Source: a virus
IMG/VR virus record: IMGVR_UViG_3300037076_000108
Reading direction: 5' to 3' (one strand)
Length of the DNA stretch: 26,379 nucleotides
Below the pieces are notes generated by a model. It was not told the DNA's origin, did not search any database, and saw only the letters and a list, made by a program, of their open reading frames with translations. The translations under genes and the position numbers were made by a program. This document shows, piece after piece, positions 1 to 10,345 of this stretch (position 1 is the stretch's first letter; each line of letters starts with the position of its first letter).

Positions 1-1383
1 AGGTGTCGATGCGATAACCATCAACATAAGCTCTACCAGATTCCATTCCAACTGCTAGTTTGTCATTATTTCCCCATTGGTACACATCATTTACTTTAGG
101 AACCAACGGATACCCAGGAGGCGGATTCTGTGGGTCAATCGGGGCCGGTGGATAAATTCCACGATTGATCTTAGCAGGAGTAGGATCTGCAATGATGTAA
201 CTGGTTGTAGTATCAGCGACTTGATTTGGCTTGTAATCTTGATCCAATTGTGCCGTCTTCGTCAGTCCGATGTAATTTGTGATGATGAAGCTCTGTCCTG
301 CGCCTGATCCATTAGACAGGTAGATCTGCATGTTGTTGTACGTGTCATCTAACGCAGACGCAGATGTTGCCAAACTGATCGTGGCGGGTGTTGATGGTAG
401 AACTTCTACAGTCGCTCCAGTTACCACACCAGCAGTGACGAACGATGTATCCAAATGCTCACGCACGTCAATGGCAAAATTGCGTACTGCAAAATCTCCG
501 TTGGCATCGTTCATGCGGGTTGCCATTTCTTTCAATACGATGCTATATGTGTCGGTTGTGACCTTTGCCTGTGTTTGACTGTTGATAAGACGTATCAATT
601 CCACAAAGTTTTGATCGGTACTCGTATCATTGATGTCCTTACTTGTCAGCGTGAGGTCGATCTTATAACGGTGAGCGCCCGGTGCAGCGTAGTTGGTGCT
701 GCTCTGTGCATTGTCATTCAACGAAGGATCTTCTTCGGGCGTAACAATGGATTCTGCTATTTCAAGTCCTACACGACAGCTAACAACATTCGAGTACTTA
801 TTCAACAAAAGGTATTGCCGTTCGACTCGTACAAAGAAGCCCCAAATGTAATAAACACCTTCGTCAATTTGCGCTGATATTGCAAGACCTGTGGGAGCAT
901 TGATTTCGACGGCGGCGAGACCTGTTGTCGAATTGAGTAGAGATATCGTTTCCCCACTGGCGAATACTGTTGCTCCATTTTCTCCTGTATTCAGATACTT
1001 TACATAGATCGTCGGAGAATCGGTGTTGACTGCCGGAACTGAGTAGACAACTTGTGCCTGCAATTTTGTTGTCTGCCCTTGAATAATTTGGTTGTTGAAG
1101 AGTGTCAGATTGATCGGGATTGGAGTAATTCCAAGAAATCCAAACGTCGGTTGCAGCCGCACATAGTTGGTTTTTGCGTCTGTAGCAACCTGCCCCGGAA
1201 TGACCATAGAGCCATGCTGATAGATCGAATTTCCCAAGTACGTCAATTGCTGCTGGAGAATAGTCTGCTCTTGCGTAAGTTCACGGGCTTGTACCGCTAC
1301 AGACGGGCGAAACAAAATGCGATAAAAGTGCTTCGTCTCGTTGTAGTCGTCGTTGTACGGTGTGATGTTGAAATTCAGAGGCA
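1..1383 (-). CDS. Structural protein in the baseplate/tail-fibre module (gp9/gp10 position); partial, start at 1383, 3' end beyond window
   Basis: Minus-strand ATG at 1381-1383, 37 nt after the gp8-like stop. I translated by hand more than 460 codons with no stop down to position 1. The ORF track omits it because there is no stop inside the window. Position after gp6/gp7/gp8 homologues matches the T4 gene order. CTAAATAA motif lies 14 nt upstream. Confidence 0.55.
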
Positions 1384-1422
1384 TGTGTGTTCTATGTGTT
1401 ATTTAGCCGTGTTTCCAAAGGC

Positions 1423-2985
1423 TTAAAACTCGACAACAATCTTGATGTCTTCCACCTGATCGGAAGAACGAGCAATTGGACGGCGATTTTCCAGGTATAC
1501 AATTTCTCCTTCAAACGGAGCCAGATCTGGACTGGTGATGTTCGCTATCTTATAGACGCTAGTTCCATTTGGAGTAACATTCCAATTTGGAGTTATGGTA
1601 GCCGTTCTGTTCACGCCAACATAACCAGAAACCTTTCGTATCTGGCCGCTTCCCGTGCCGCCACTAATAAGCATCGTCTGTCCAGTATAAGCCTCCGAGA
1701 CTGCCGATGCCGAATTTGGAAGTACGATGGTGCTTGATGTTCCGTTTGTTGCGGTGTCGGTCGTGGTCAGAAGCACACCAGACGCCACCGATCCTACAAT
1801 GGTTTCACCAGGAACGAAGCTGCCAACAACTTCTGACAGTCTCACAATTTTGTTGACTGTATCGTAGTCAATAACAACTCCAGTTGTATAACTCGTACTG
1901 CCAGCTACCACTTCATCGGGAACGAATGTAGTTCCGCTCACTGTACCAAACGTCAGGCGAAGCATTTGATCGTAATCAAGCGCAACAGCCGATGTGATGC
2001 CATCTTTCAGCAACGGATTCTTCAAAATTCCAACCCGGCGATAATCGTTCGAGATGGTGAAGGTTCCGTGTTCGTCATAGGTGAGCTTGCTATCAATCAT
2101 CACAAAGAAGCCGCCCAATTCCGATACCGGATCTGCACCGTGACCTGAAAATGGAGAAATAACAGCCTTTGCAACAGCGCCATTTGCTCCTACGCCGCCT
2201 CCAGTGATGACAATGTTGGCCCACGAGTAACCAGTGCCAACACTATTCACAACGATGCTAGTGACGTGCCCACCGCTGATAACTGGTGTCACAAATGCAC
2301 CAGAACCATCGCCCACAATAGTCACTGTAGGTGTGGTTGTATACTGTGTGCCGATGCTTACCATATCAATACGATCAAGCGATCCTGGAACAGCGGCCTG
2401 TTGAACCAACCATTGTTGCGAACCATCATTTGCTGCCAACTTCTGCACCGGGTACCATTCGTTTGTCACAAAGTTCAACACAGAAGCCGAACTTACAGTG
2501 TACATGTATTTCCATTGATAACCGTCTGCTAAAGCAGGCTGTGGAGTTGCCGTCGTGGTACTTGTCGGTTTTACAGTAGAAGCCACGCCGCCACCATTGC
2601 TAATGCACTTATAAACATTGAGCGCATCAGTGACGACAAAAAACGGAGGAAGCCCACCAGAAGGATCAAACAAGTCGATGCCATTCTGATATTGCGTATA
2701 AACTGTACCGGATGACCAATCATACCGTGGCACTACGAGACTCACATTGCTTGGAGAAATGAGCTTTGCGGAGAGCATGTCACGGAACGCAGCGCTTTCT
2801 TCATACTCACAATCAATCGGAGTCGGCGGTGAATTATCATTGCTACCGGCATAAGGAAACGCCCCTTGGTCCCACGGTAACGTGCGCCCGATGAAGAGGT
2901 AAAGATGTTCTGATGGATCTGAGAAACCGCTGATAAACTGATCTGCGGCATAAACTCTCATGTTTGTTGTGACAATTGCAGCCAT
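1423..2985 (-). CDS. Baseplate wedge protein, T4 gp8-like
   Basis: 520 aa. N-terminus (LYLFIGRTLPWDQ...PYAG...VVPRYDWSSGTVYTQY) and C-terminus (GEIVYLENRRPIARSSDQVEDIKIVVEF) align, from my memory of the T4 sequence, with T4 gp8 (IFITFGRSEPWSS...IPRRDWGDTRYPDPY... and GEMIYMENRPPIIMAMDQTEEINILFTF). CTAAATAG motif and GGAGAA SD upstream. Confidence 0.8.
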   Translation of the reverse strand: MAAIVTTNMRVYAADQFISGFSDPSEHLYLFIGRTLPWDQGAFPYAGSNDNSPPTPIDCEYEESAAFRDMLSAKLISPSNVSLVVPRYDWSSGTVYTQYQNGIDLFDPSGGLPPFFVVTDALNVYKCISNGGGVASTVKPTSTTTATPQPALADGYQWKYMYTVSSASVLNFVTNEWYPVQKLAANDGSQQWLVQQAAVPGSLDRIDMVSIGTQYTTTPTVTIVGDGSGAFVTPVISGGHVTSIVVNSVGTGYSWANIVITGGGVGANGAVAKAVISPFSGHGADPVSELGGFFVMIDSKLTYDEHGTFTISNDYRRVGILKNPLLKDGITSAVALDYDQMLRLTFGTVSGTTFVPDEVVAGSTSYTTGVVIDYDTVNKIVRLSEVVGSFVPGETIVGSVASGVLLTTTDTATNGTSSTIVLPNSASAVSEAYTGQTMLISGGTGSGQIRKVSGYVGVNRTATITPNWNVTPNGTSVYKIANITSPDLAPFEGEIVYLENRRPIARSSDQVEDIKIVVEF

Positions 2986-3017
2986 TGTATTCTCCGTAAT
3001 CTATTTAGGCACCATTT

Positions 3018-6000
3018 TTAAGGTGTGATGTTGCTAATACCAACCTGCATCTGAGTGGTTGTGATCTTGATTCTGGACAAACCAGTTATATTGTGATCGG
3101 TTTCAGCCGTGATTCTGCTGACGCCCGTATGAGTTTTTGGTACCGTCACCCGGACTCTCAAAACACCAGTGCGTGTGCGTGTCGTTGTGGCCCGAATTCT
3201 GGACACACCTAACTCAACCTTGATGGTGGTTTTTCGGATAGACGAGATACCATTTTGTGTCTTCGTTTTGGTCAAGCGAATTTCAGACAAACCAGTTATT
3301 GTTTGTAGTGCGGTGGCCTGAATTCTGGTTGCACCAATTCGAGTCTTTGTGTTGATAGCCTGAATTCTCGACACACCCAAGTCTGTCATCTGTCTGGTTG
3401 TAGCTTGGATTCTGGACACACCAGTATGTGTCTTGTTTGTGACAATTGCGAGCTTCGATGTTCCATGCTGTACGTGCGGAGTCGTGATCTGGATTCTGGA
3501 GACGCCGAAAGATGCTGGATTATGTCTTACCTGAATTCTCGACAAACCAGTCTGACCTTGGAAGTTGGAATGGCGAAGTGCTGAGACGCCAGTCAGATTA
3601 TGATGTGTTGTTACGTAAATTCTGGACACACCGCTTTGGGTGTATGTTCTGGTCTGACGAATACGAGAAATTCCACTCTGGAACTTTCTCTTTACAATCC
3701 AGTAGTGACCGCCCTGTGTTTGCTGTTCAGCAGTACGCAAGATACGAGTCGTTCCAAATTGATTCTTGATGGTGGTATTGTGAAGAATGACGCCTCTTTC
3801 AGAAGCCAGCATCGTGCGAAGCGCCTGATACGCCGAATCAATCTCAAAATCGTATATCGCCCGATCATAGAAAATTGCGTAGACCAATGTCCCATTGAAG
3901 TACCCCACCGGAGACGAAGACCCGGAACTGGAAGCCTGCTTGTACTCATTGGTGCCGAAAGTTGTTCTTGCATACAAAGATGCCGGTTGCTCTGTTGGTG
4001 CATAGTTTGACGACGGTTTTCCAAAGTACCAACCTGTCGTATTGATCGTAGGAACTACAGGATAATTCGAGTACGTTACGGAATCTGCTCTACTATTGCT
4101 AACATTACCACTCAACTTTCCTTTGTCGAAACGGAGAACGGCCATGAAGTAGTTGCCATCTTTTATAGTCCCTGTTGGGAAGTCTACCGATTTTGCAGTG
4201 TTGTTGTACTGAACCCGGAAGGAGACGCCACCGCCAGCCCGCACGTCTACAGAAAATCCATTGTCGGACGACGAGTTGATACAATTGACAATCGACATGT
4301 TCGTAGAAATGTCGGGACACAAAGCGATGACAAGAACTGAGCACTGAGACAAGTTTAGTGGTACGCCGGTCGCATTAACAATTTCACTATGCGACGAATC
4401 AAGCTGTACGCCAGCGACCACCCACGTGCCATCAATTGTTTCAACTAGAATGGTATTGCCTAGAACGCCGTCGAACTCGCCCATAGAATTCGGACTGACA
4501 TTGTAGACGATTTGCGGGTCCATACCTTCAAGGAAGTTGTACTCTACAACATCTCCAATTGTCGGAATGGTGCCTGGAGTGTAGATTGCCACATCACTGT
4601 CTACACAAAGATTTGAGTGTTTGGTTTCCGGCGAAACAATCAAGTCGGAGAGAACGATATTTTGAAGATTGCCGATCTGCGTGTTGCCGAACTGCGACCA
4701 GTAGTCTTCATTCGGTGGCGGATACGTCTCACCGAAGCCATCAAACGGCGGGAAGCCCACGAATCTGAATTGTGAGATGGATGCTCTGCTCTGGCCGATA
4801 GGTCCAACCAAGGTCGATGATAGAGCGGATTGAATTTGAATATTGGCATCAGGCGAAATTTTTGTGCGCTGGTCTGGGAAGTTTACAAACGAACCGATGG
4901 TGCGGTTCTTTAGGTTTGCGATCTGTGTGTTTCCCGGCCCAGTGGGAGACCAATAATTTTGATTTGGATACGGATACAAAACGTCCCACTTCACATTCGG
5001 TGGGAAGGCAATGAACTTCATCCAGTCAAAATCTTTGTTCTTTGAGCCGATAACTTTCGGAATGATCGTGTTCAGTTGTCTGGTGTAGATTACCCGTCCA
5101 GTATCATTGACTTCCCAAGGTTCATAAAGAGCAGCTTCAATGAGCGCATATGCGGCTTGTAGTTCCGCCTTTTGACCTACAGTCAACGTGCTGTACGTAT
5201 ATGGTAAGTTGGTGTAGGTAACATATGTGCGCCATGCTTGATCTAGTTCCGCTGTGTACAGAGTGTGGAACCGCACCAACTTATTTTCGATCTGAAGAAT
5301 GTTTTCACGAATGATTCCCAAAAAGTTCGTTTCGGGTTTTGACTCTAAAACTACAGAGCCGAACATCATCATGCCAGCCGGATGCAACAGCGCCTTTACC
5401 ACATCACGATACTTGTCAATGGTCTCACCCACTCGAATGTCGTAAGAGAAGTCTTGCCAGTAGTATGAGTCCTGAATGATCTTATTTGAGCTTGCAAAAC
5501 TGTCCGGTGTTGTTGGGAATCCGCCGACGCCGCCGTCTCGTCCCTGCAACCATCGGCCAGCAGTTTGTGCAACGATGCCCAACACAGGAGGTAGCACGCC
5601 GCCCGATCCCTTTTCTGTATGAATGGTAACGGAAGGTGTTGCCAAAAATCCAAGACCGAAGTCAATAATTGCGATGGACTTGATGCCGCCACGCACGTGT
5701 GTGATCGAATATTGTGTAGTGCTGTCTGGAATGGTGATCCACGGAAGATCTACCGTCGCTACTTTCGTTGTTCCGTTGTATGACACAACAGTTCTACGCT
5801 GACCAACTCCGGTTCCGCCAACAAGAGTGATTTCATCACCCACAAAGAAGTCATCAGTTGAAATTTCGTTGGACGACAACAGAATCTCATTTGGGTTTAG
5901 AAGATCGGCATCGGTGTACGAAGAGTGTACATCCGAGAAGAAGTACATGCCCGGAATACAAATAGCGTCATCCATCGGATTGCCGTCTGTGTTGATCGGC

Positions 6001-7214
6001 GCTGTCGCTGGCCCGAAGAATGGCTGAAGATAATAGACCGAAGGTGGAATGCCGCAACTACCAGTAAAATAGGTCTGAAAAATAGACGTGATAATTGCTT
6101 GCGCTGACGACAATGATCCGCCGCCATCAATCGTGATAAGCTCACCTACTTTATAGTTGTCTCCTGGTGTGAGGATCGGCAAATGCTGCAAAAGCTGGTA
6201 AGCAGATTCGTAACGGAGTTGATTATACGGTTCCAATAAGTCCGTCGTAGAACCCAAATCGGTTTGTGGCGGCGGTGGAACGTTATAGACGATCTTAACC
6301 TGTTCTGGAAAGCCAGTATTCGGATCAATTTGGAAGCCGCCAACGATGCTCGAAAGCGTCATTGTCGTGATCGTGCCTTGCGGAATCAACTGCTGTGTGA
6401 CTGACTCGACTTTTGCCGTGGCACCAGAGTAAACACCAACCAAGTTGCGATTCAAATAGTCAAATGTCAAATCCGTAGTCGTCGTCTTCATTACGTTCTG
6501 GACGAACCAAATACCATCAGACGCACGGAACAAGTCAACTTTCGGGTAGTACAGTTCAATCTCTTCGCTGAACAGGCAACGGAAGATGAACCTAAAAGAG
6601 TTCTCTGTGCCTCTCGCCTGATAAAACTGCTTGATGTGCTTGAGAACTTCACGAGGGTTGGCTAAGATCGTACCAGGAATGAGGTACATGAATTCATCTC
6701 TGAAGTATTGGATGAACCGATCTAAGGTGTAGTCAATGTCTCTGTACTCGACCAACTTTTCGGGACTGTAAGAGTCTCGAATTTCCATCAGTGTGTTTGG
6801 CGGCGGGATGTTGTTGGGATCGAATGTGTCAACCAAAGTCACGGTCCAGGTTGTTGGATCATAACTCTTGATCTTGTGCGTATGCCCCTTTGCTGGACCG
6901 TTCAAGCACACAATGAACATATTTCGGTAAGCATTCAAATATGTTGCGGCCTGGGTGATCGTCTCTGTGATTGGCGCTGATGCTTGGGCGACTGCTTTTT
7001 GTGCATCTACGGCTGCTTGTGTAGTCAGAACAACAGTGTTGACCGACGTACCGACAACTTTTCCATTCCATACCGGCGTTCCGAACGTTTCCAGCCATTC
7101 GTAATAGGCTTTCAGAAACGAGACGAACATCGGATCGGTTTCCTGTACGAAGTCAGGAAGCTGGCCCGAAATTATCTGTGATATTGTCCTTGGTGTTTTT
7201 GGAATCGTCGGCAT
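3018..7214 (-). CDS. Giant baseplate wedge protein, T4 gp7-like, with C-terminal 11-aa tandem repeat array
   Basis: 1398 aa. Segment FYQARGTENSFRFIFRCLFSEEIELYYP matches T4 gp7 FYSTKGIEASYKFLFKVLYNEEVEIEIE (recalled). Gene order gp6-gp7-gp8 as in T4. The last ~190 aa are ~17 repeats of TGVSRIQxTTx. Start tightly coupled to gp6-like stop (TAA-GGGGTAAGGA-ATG). Confidence 0.8.
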   Translation of the reverse strand: MPTIPKTPRTISQIISGQLPDFVQETDPMFVSFLKAYYEWLETFGTPVWNGKVVGTSVNTVVLTTQAAVDAQKAVAQASAPITETITQAATYLNAYRNMFIVCLNGPAKGHTHKIKSYDPTTWTVTLVDTFDPNNIPPPNTLMEIRDSYSPEKLVEYRDIDYTLDRFIQYFRDEFMYLIPGTILANPREVLKHIKQFYQARGTENSFRFIFRCLFSEEIELYYPKVDLFRASDGIWFVQNVMKTTTTDLTFDYLNRNLVGVYSGATAKVESVTQQLIPQGTITTMTLSSIVGGFQIDPNTGFPEQVKIVYNVPPPPQTDLGSTTDLLEPYNQLRYESAYQLLQHLPILTPGDNYKVGELITIDGGGSLSSAQAIITSIFQTYFTGSCGIPPSVYYLQPFFGPATAPINTDGNPMDDAICIPGMYFFSDVHSSYTDADLLNPNEILLSSNEISTDDFFVGDEITLVGGTGVGQRRTVVSYNGTTKVATVDLPWITIPDSTTQYSITHVRGGIKSIAIIDFGLGFLATPSVTIHTEKGSGGVLPPVLGIVAQTAGRWLQGRDGGVGGFPTTPDSFASSNKIIQDSYYWQDFSYDIRVGETIDKYRDVVKALLHPAGMMMFGSVVLESKPETNFLGIIRENILQIENKLVRFHTLYTAELDQAWRTYVTYTNLPYTYSTLTVGQKAELQAAYALIEAALYEPWEVNDTGRVIYTRQLNTIIPKVIGSKNKDFDWMKFIAFPPNVKWDVLYPYPNQNYWSPTGPGNTQIANLKNRTIGSFVNFPDQRTKISPDANIQIQSALSSTLVGPIGQSRASISQFRFVGFPPFDGFGETYPPPNEDYWSQFGNTQIGNLQNIVLSDLIVSPETKHSNLCVDSDVAIYTPGTIPTIGDVVEYNFLEGMDPQIVYNVSPNSMGEFDGVLGNTILVETIDGTWVVAGVQLDSSHSEIVNATGVPLNLSQCSVLVIALCPDISTNMSIVNCINSSSDNGFSVDVRAGGGVSFRVQYNNTAKSVDFPTGTIKDGNYFMAVLRFDKGKLSGNVSNSRADSVTYSNYPVVPTINTTGWYFGKPSSNYAPTEQPASLYARTTFGTNEYKQASSSGSSSPVGYFNGTLVYAIFYDRAIYDFEIDSAYQALRTMLASERGVILHNTTIKNQFGTTRILRTAEQQTQGGHYWIVKRKFQSGISRIRQTRTYTQSGVSRIYVTTHHNLTGVSALRHSNFQGQTGLSRIQVRHNPASFGVSRIQITTPHVQHGTSKLAIVTNKTHTGVSRIQATTRQMTDLGVSRIQAINTKTRIGATRIQATALQTITGLSEIRLTKTKTQNGISSIRKTTIKVELGVSRIRATTTRTRTGVLRVRVTVPKTHTGVSRITAETDHNITGLSRIKITTTQMQVGISNITP
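3036..3602 (-). repeat. About 17 tandem 33-bp coding repeats (consensus on + strand approx ctgRattctSgacacacc) encoding TGVSRIQ-type 11-aa units
   Basis: The period is visible directly in the DNA and in the translated C-terminus of the 1398-aa ORF (GVSRIQITT / TGVSRIQATT / LGVSRIRATT ...). Confidence 0.8.
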
Positions 7215-7224
7215 TCCTTACCCC

Positions 7225-9030
7225 TTACGCATTCGCCAAAACCATTACTGATACGTCTGTCGGTTGGATGAACAAAATATTATTCCTAACCGGGATGATG
7301 TCATTCTGTTGCGGAGTCATTGTCAAGGAGACGTTGCCAGCACTATCCACTTGATATGGCATGAATTCCTGCAATGTAATCTCCCCTGTTGTGTAATTTA
7401 TCGTGCCGCAAGACGCACGCACTACGGCGTCTGGAATACCAATGCCACTCTGAACCAACTGTACATTCCCATTACTGTCATCTTTTAGGTTGTAAGTATA
7501 CCCATTCACATACGGGACCAATAACTTTGGATCATGAACGACAACAAAGCTGGACGACGAAAGCGTCCCTGGCACAACCGGATTGAAAAAGTTCAAATCG
7601 TAGTTCGCAATCAAGTCCAACGCTGGCTTGAAAAGTTTTTTAATCTGAAGCGTGCTCAAATTGTTTGTGATACTTGAGTCGCTGCTGTCAATAGCGGACA
7701 GGAATTTGGAATAGCGAAACTCCAAGTCGAACTTATCCAAGTTTAATGCGGCATAGTTGATAATGGAGTTGTACGCTGCGTTTCTGATATCTCCTTCTGT
7801 CTTGAAGGTATTTGCCGGATTGTACTTCACGATACAATTGACAATGATGAAGGTATAATCCGGGTCGATGAATTGTGGGATGACAGAAACAATGTTACGT
7901 GGGCGGATGAGGTTGGACAAAACCAACGACTTCGCCTCTTCGGTCACAACGAATCCATTCACCGGCTTAATCGAAATGAAGACCTTACCATATTGCGGCG
8001 GTACGTTCTCTTCGCCGCCCCATACAGTTACAGAGTCGGCATTTGAATAGTTCTCTGTAACCTGAAGCACATAGTCTGCCGCCGTGACTGCACGCCCCTG
8101 CGTCTCAAAATTTTTCGGAGCGGAGAAACGAATTTCATCTGTGGTCTCTGCGTCCAATCCACCAGCAGCCGGTACCAGTGTCACGACCGTTGTAAGGTTG
8201 GCAGGATAGCCAGCCAAAGGAATAGTCGGAGAAAAGGACGATGCGCCGTTTGCAATAGGGCCGTCCGAAATGACGTAATCTACGATGACGATGTTTCCAT
8301 CCACCAAGGCACTACCAATAACACCATCACCGAATTTGATTTCAAACTGCTGGTTTTCAACTTCTTGAAGGAAGTACGCATTTGTATCAACCCTCAATTC
8401 GAGCAAGTTATCAGCCAAAACATAACTCGTCAACGCCGTATTAGTTATTGAATGCTGAACACGAACGACTATCTGGCTGGTGTCAATGCTCGAACTCGGC
8501 AGCAAAAATCTCTGATTTGGTACTGTAGAGTCCACGGTGATTCTGTAAGTGTATGGAATACCATTGACTAATGTTACATCCGGGAATACGAATTTGCCGT
8601 TTTGAACTGTGGTTCCATACGCCCGATCCGTAATGAATGTATAGACCTTGCCATCCACATTAGAAGAAAACGTGGAATTCTCTTCGATGACTGCACCCAT
8701 TGCGTTGTCGTTAGGTGTGATCGTAATACTTACCGTCGCCTGTGCAGATGTTACGGAACGTGGCGTGTAATTCATCATCTTCGCCAGCGAGACAACAGAA
8801 GACCGAAGGTTGGCCGAATCCAGGAACATTTCGTTGGCGATCATATTCATGTAGAAAGCATTGTAGTGTGTGTTATACGCCAAGATGTCTAACAATACCG
8901 ACAGGCCAGCGCCATCGAAGTCGTAGTCCTTGAACTGCGTCTGTGAACGAAGGTAATCCCGGAGAGATACTTTGATTGTGTCGAAATCCAAATACGAGAC
9001 AAGAAGTTTTGATGAGTTAATTGTTGACAT
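7225..9030 (-). CDS. Baseplate wedge protein, T4 gp6-like (baseplate J family)
   Basis: 601 aa. N-terminal DYDFDGAGLSVLLDILAYNTHYNAFYMN...ANLRSSVVSLAKMMNYTPRS is characteristic of gp6/gpJ-like baseplate proteins. Sits between the gp25-like and gp7-like genes. Confidence 0.75.
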   Translation of the reverse strand: MSTINSSKLLVSYLDFDTIKVSLRDYLRSQTQFKDYDFDGAGLSVLLDILAYNTHYNAFYMNMIANEMFLDSANLRSSVVSLAKMMNYTPRSVTSAQATVSITITPNDNAMGAVIEENSTFSSNVDGKVYTFITDRAYGTTVQNGKFVFPDVTLVNGIPYTYRITVDSTVPNQRFLLPSSSIDTSQIVVRVQHSITNTALTSYVLADNLLELRVDTNAYFLQEVENQQFEIKFGDGVIGSALVDGNIVIVDYVISDGPIANGASSFSPTIPLAGYPANLTTVVTLVPAAGGLDAETTDEIRFSAPKNFETQGRAVTAADYVLQVTENYSNADSVTVWGGEENVPPQYGKVFISIKPVNGFVVTEEAKSLVLSNLIRPRNIVSVIPQFIDPDYTFIIVNCIVKYNPANTFKTEGDIRNAAYNSIINYAALNLDKFDLEFRYSKFLSAIDSSDSSITNNLSTLQIKKLFKPALDLIANYDLNFFNPVVPGTLSSSSFVVVHDPKLLVPYVNGYTYNLKDDSNGNVQLVQSGIGIPDAVVRASCGTINYTTGEITLQEFMPYQVDSAGNVSLTMTPQQNDIIPVRNNILFIQPTDVSVMVLANA

Positions 9031-9076
9031 TTATTATCATCCACCCTGCATTTTTTCCATATTGAATTGGCTTGTG

Positions 9077-9601
9077 TTAATGTATCGTTCTCCCGATAAC
9101 AACACGAGATAATCCCATCGCCTCACACCATTGTTTAAGACCAACCCTTTCTATACGCCTACCGTCAAGATGAATGGCTACAAAAGGTTTTTCCTTTGAT
9201 TCAGCAATTCTTTCACAACTTTCGGAAGTAAATTTTCGTCCTATGCCCGCCTGTCGAATTTTCTCTTTTGCTTCTGGAGTATGCTTTCTCCCTTCCATAA
9301 CTCCATCACCACCAACTGAACTGTTGTATCCGGCGACAAAAGTATTCTGTTCTGATATGGCGGTACGCTCCATATCTTTGGCTTCGTTCGCAGACCAACA
9401 CACTGCCACAATTTCATGTGTCCAGCAATCCGTTCCGTACTTTCGGATAGCGTTCCAAAGTTTCACCGTTTTAGTCGTTTTTCTTGATGGAATACGGGCC
9501 AATTTTATATGTTCTCTCCATCGCTCTTCCATTGTTTTGGAAGAGTATCCAATATATGCCTTTCCGGTCATCGTGTTAGTATGCTTGTAAATGGTGTACA
9601 T
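9077..9601 (-). CDS. GIY-YIG homing endonuclease (Seg/I-TevI-like), free-standing
   Basis: N-terminal IYKHTNTMTGKAYIGYSS...RWREH is a GIY-YIG motif. Inserted between the gp25-like and gp6-like genes. Its start overlaps the gp25-like stop (TAATG). Confidence 0.8.
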   Translation of the reverse strand: MYTIYKHTNTMTGKAYIGYSSKTMEERWREHIKLARIPSRKTTKTVKLWNAIRKYGTDCWTHEIVAVCWSANEAKDMERTAISEQNTFVAGYNSSVGGDGVMEGRKHTPEAKEKIRQAGIGRKFTSESCERIAESKEKPFVAIHLDGRRIERVGLKQWCEAMGLSRVVIGRTIH

Positions 9602-9996
9602 TATCTCAATCTCTGGAGGAAGAAGGAAATGTTCTGCACCTGAGTGATGTTCAGCACATAAAAGGTGATGTTCACATTGTACCCGTCTTCGTTATAGTTC
9701 TCCGTTACAACCACACTTTGTAACTTCGCTCTTGGCTCAAAGTTCTGAATCACATCCGTGATCGACCGTTGGATGCTCAAAGCTGTGATGCTTGTAATGT
9801 TCTCAAACAACATCGCCGTCACGTTGCACCCAATCTCAGAATGGAAGGGGCGCTCATAATGCTTTGTGAGCACCAGATTCATGACAGAGGCTTTGACGGC
9901 ATCAAAATCGTACAAGATACCGATGTCCTTTTTCACGGGGTTCGCAATAAAGGACAGATTCAAGTCGCTGTAACGTTGGTAAATGTTCTGTGGCAC
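9601..9996 (-). CDS. Baseplate wedge protein, T4 gp25-like (GPW/gp25 family)
   Basis: 131 aa, same size as T4 gp25. ERPFHSEIGCNVTAMLFENITSITALSIQRSITDVIQNFEPRA aligns with T4 gp25 SRPFDPEFGCDLSDQLFENMTPLTADTVERNIESAVRNYEPRI (recalled). GTG start follows a CTAAATAGGAG motif. Confidence 0.85.
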   Translation of the reverse strand: MPQNIYQRYSDLNLSFIANPVKKDIGILYDFDAVKASVMNLVLTKHYERPFHSEIGCNVTAMLFENITSITALSIQRSITDVIQNFEPRAKLQSVVVTENYNEDGYNVNITFYVLNITQVQNISFFLQRLR

Positions 9997-10048
9997 ACTC
10001 CTATTTAGTGCGTCAACTTAGGAACATCAATTACTTGAGTGAGATATA

Positions 10049-10339
10049 CTAACCGCCGTTGGCAAAGACGTTTGGAGAGCCTACAGCATCGAAATCGCCG
10101 CAGGAAATTTGATCGCCAATTCGAGCAACTGGTTTGTTGTTTGCAAAGACGGTCGGAGACCCCGTAGCCTGGAGACCATCGTGGCAAACCGGGCCGCAAC
10201 AATGCGTCGGCCAATGGTCGCCTACACGGTGAATTGGAATGGCATTTGCGAAAACATTTGGACTAGCGAGATCATTTGGGCGGGCGGGGAAACAGCCGTG
10301 GCCGGTGCTCATGTCACCAAGACGAACGATATTTGGCAT
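10049..10339 (-). CDS. PAAR-repeat spike-tip protein (T4 gp5.4-like)
   Basis: 96 aa, Gly/Cys/His-rich, with repeated SPNVFANxxPIHRVGD / SPTVFANNKPVARIGD / SPNVFANGG units typical of PAAR domains. Lies immediately downstream of the gp5-like gene. Confidence 0.8.
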   Translation of the reverse strand: MPNIVRLGDMSTGHGCFPARPNDLASPNVFANAIPIHRVGDHWPTHCCGPVCHDGLQATGSPTVFANNKPVARIGDQISCGDFDAVGSPNVFANGG

Positions 10340-10345
10340 ACGCTG

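Noticed and set aside
3018-3602. Regularly spaced 33-bp repeats that could be mistaken for a CRISPR array
   Set aside because: The repeats are contiguous and imperfect with no unique spacers, and they lie in frame inside the gp7-like ORF, where they encode an 11-aa protein repeat.
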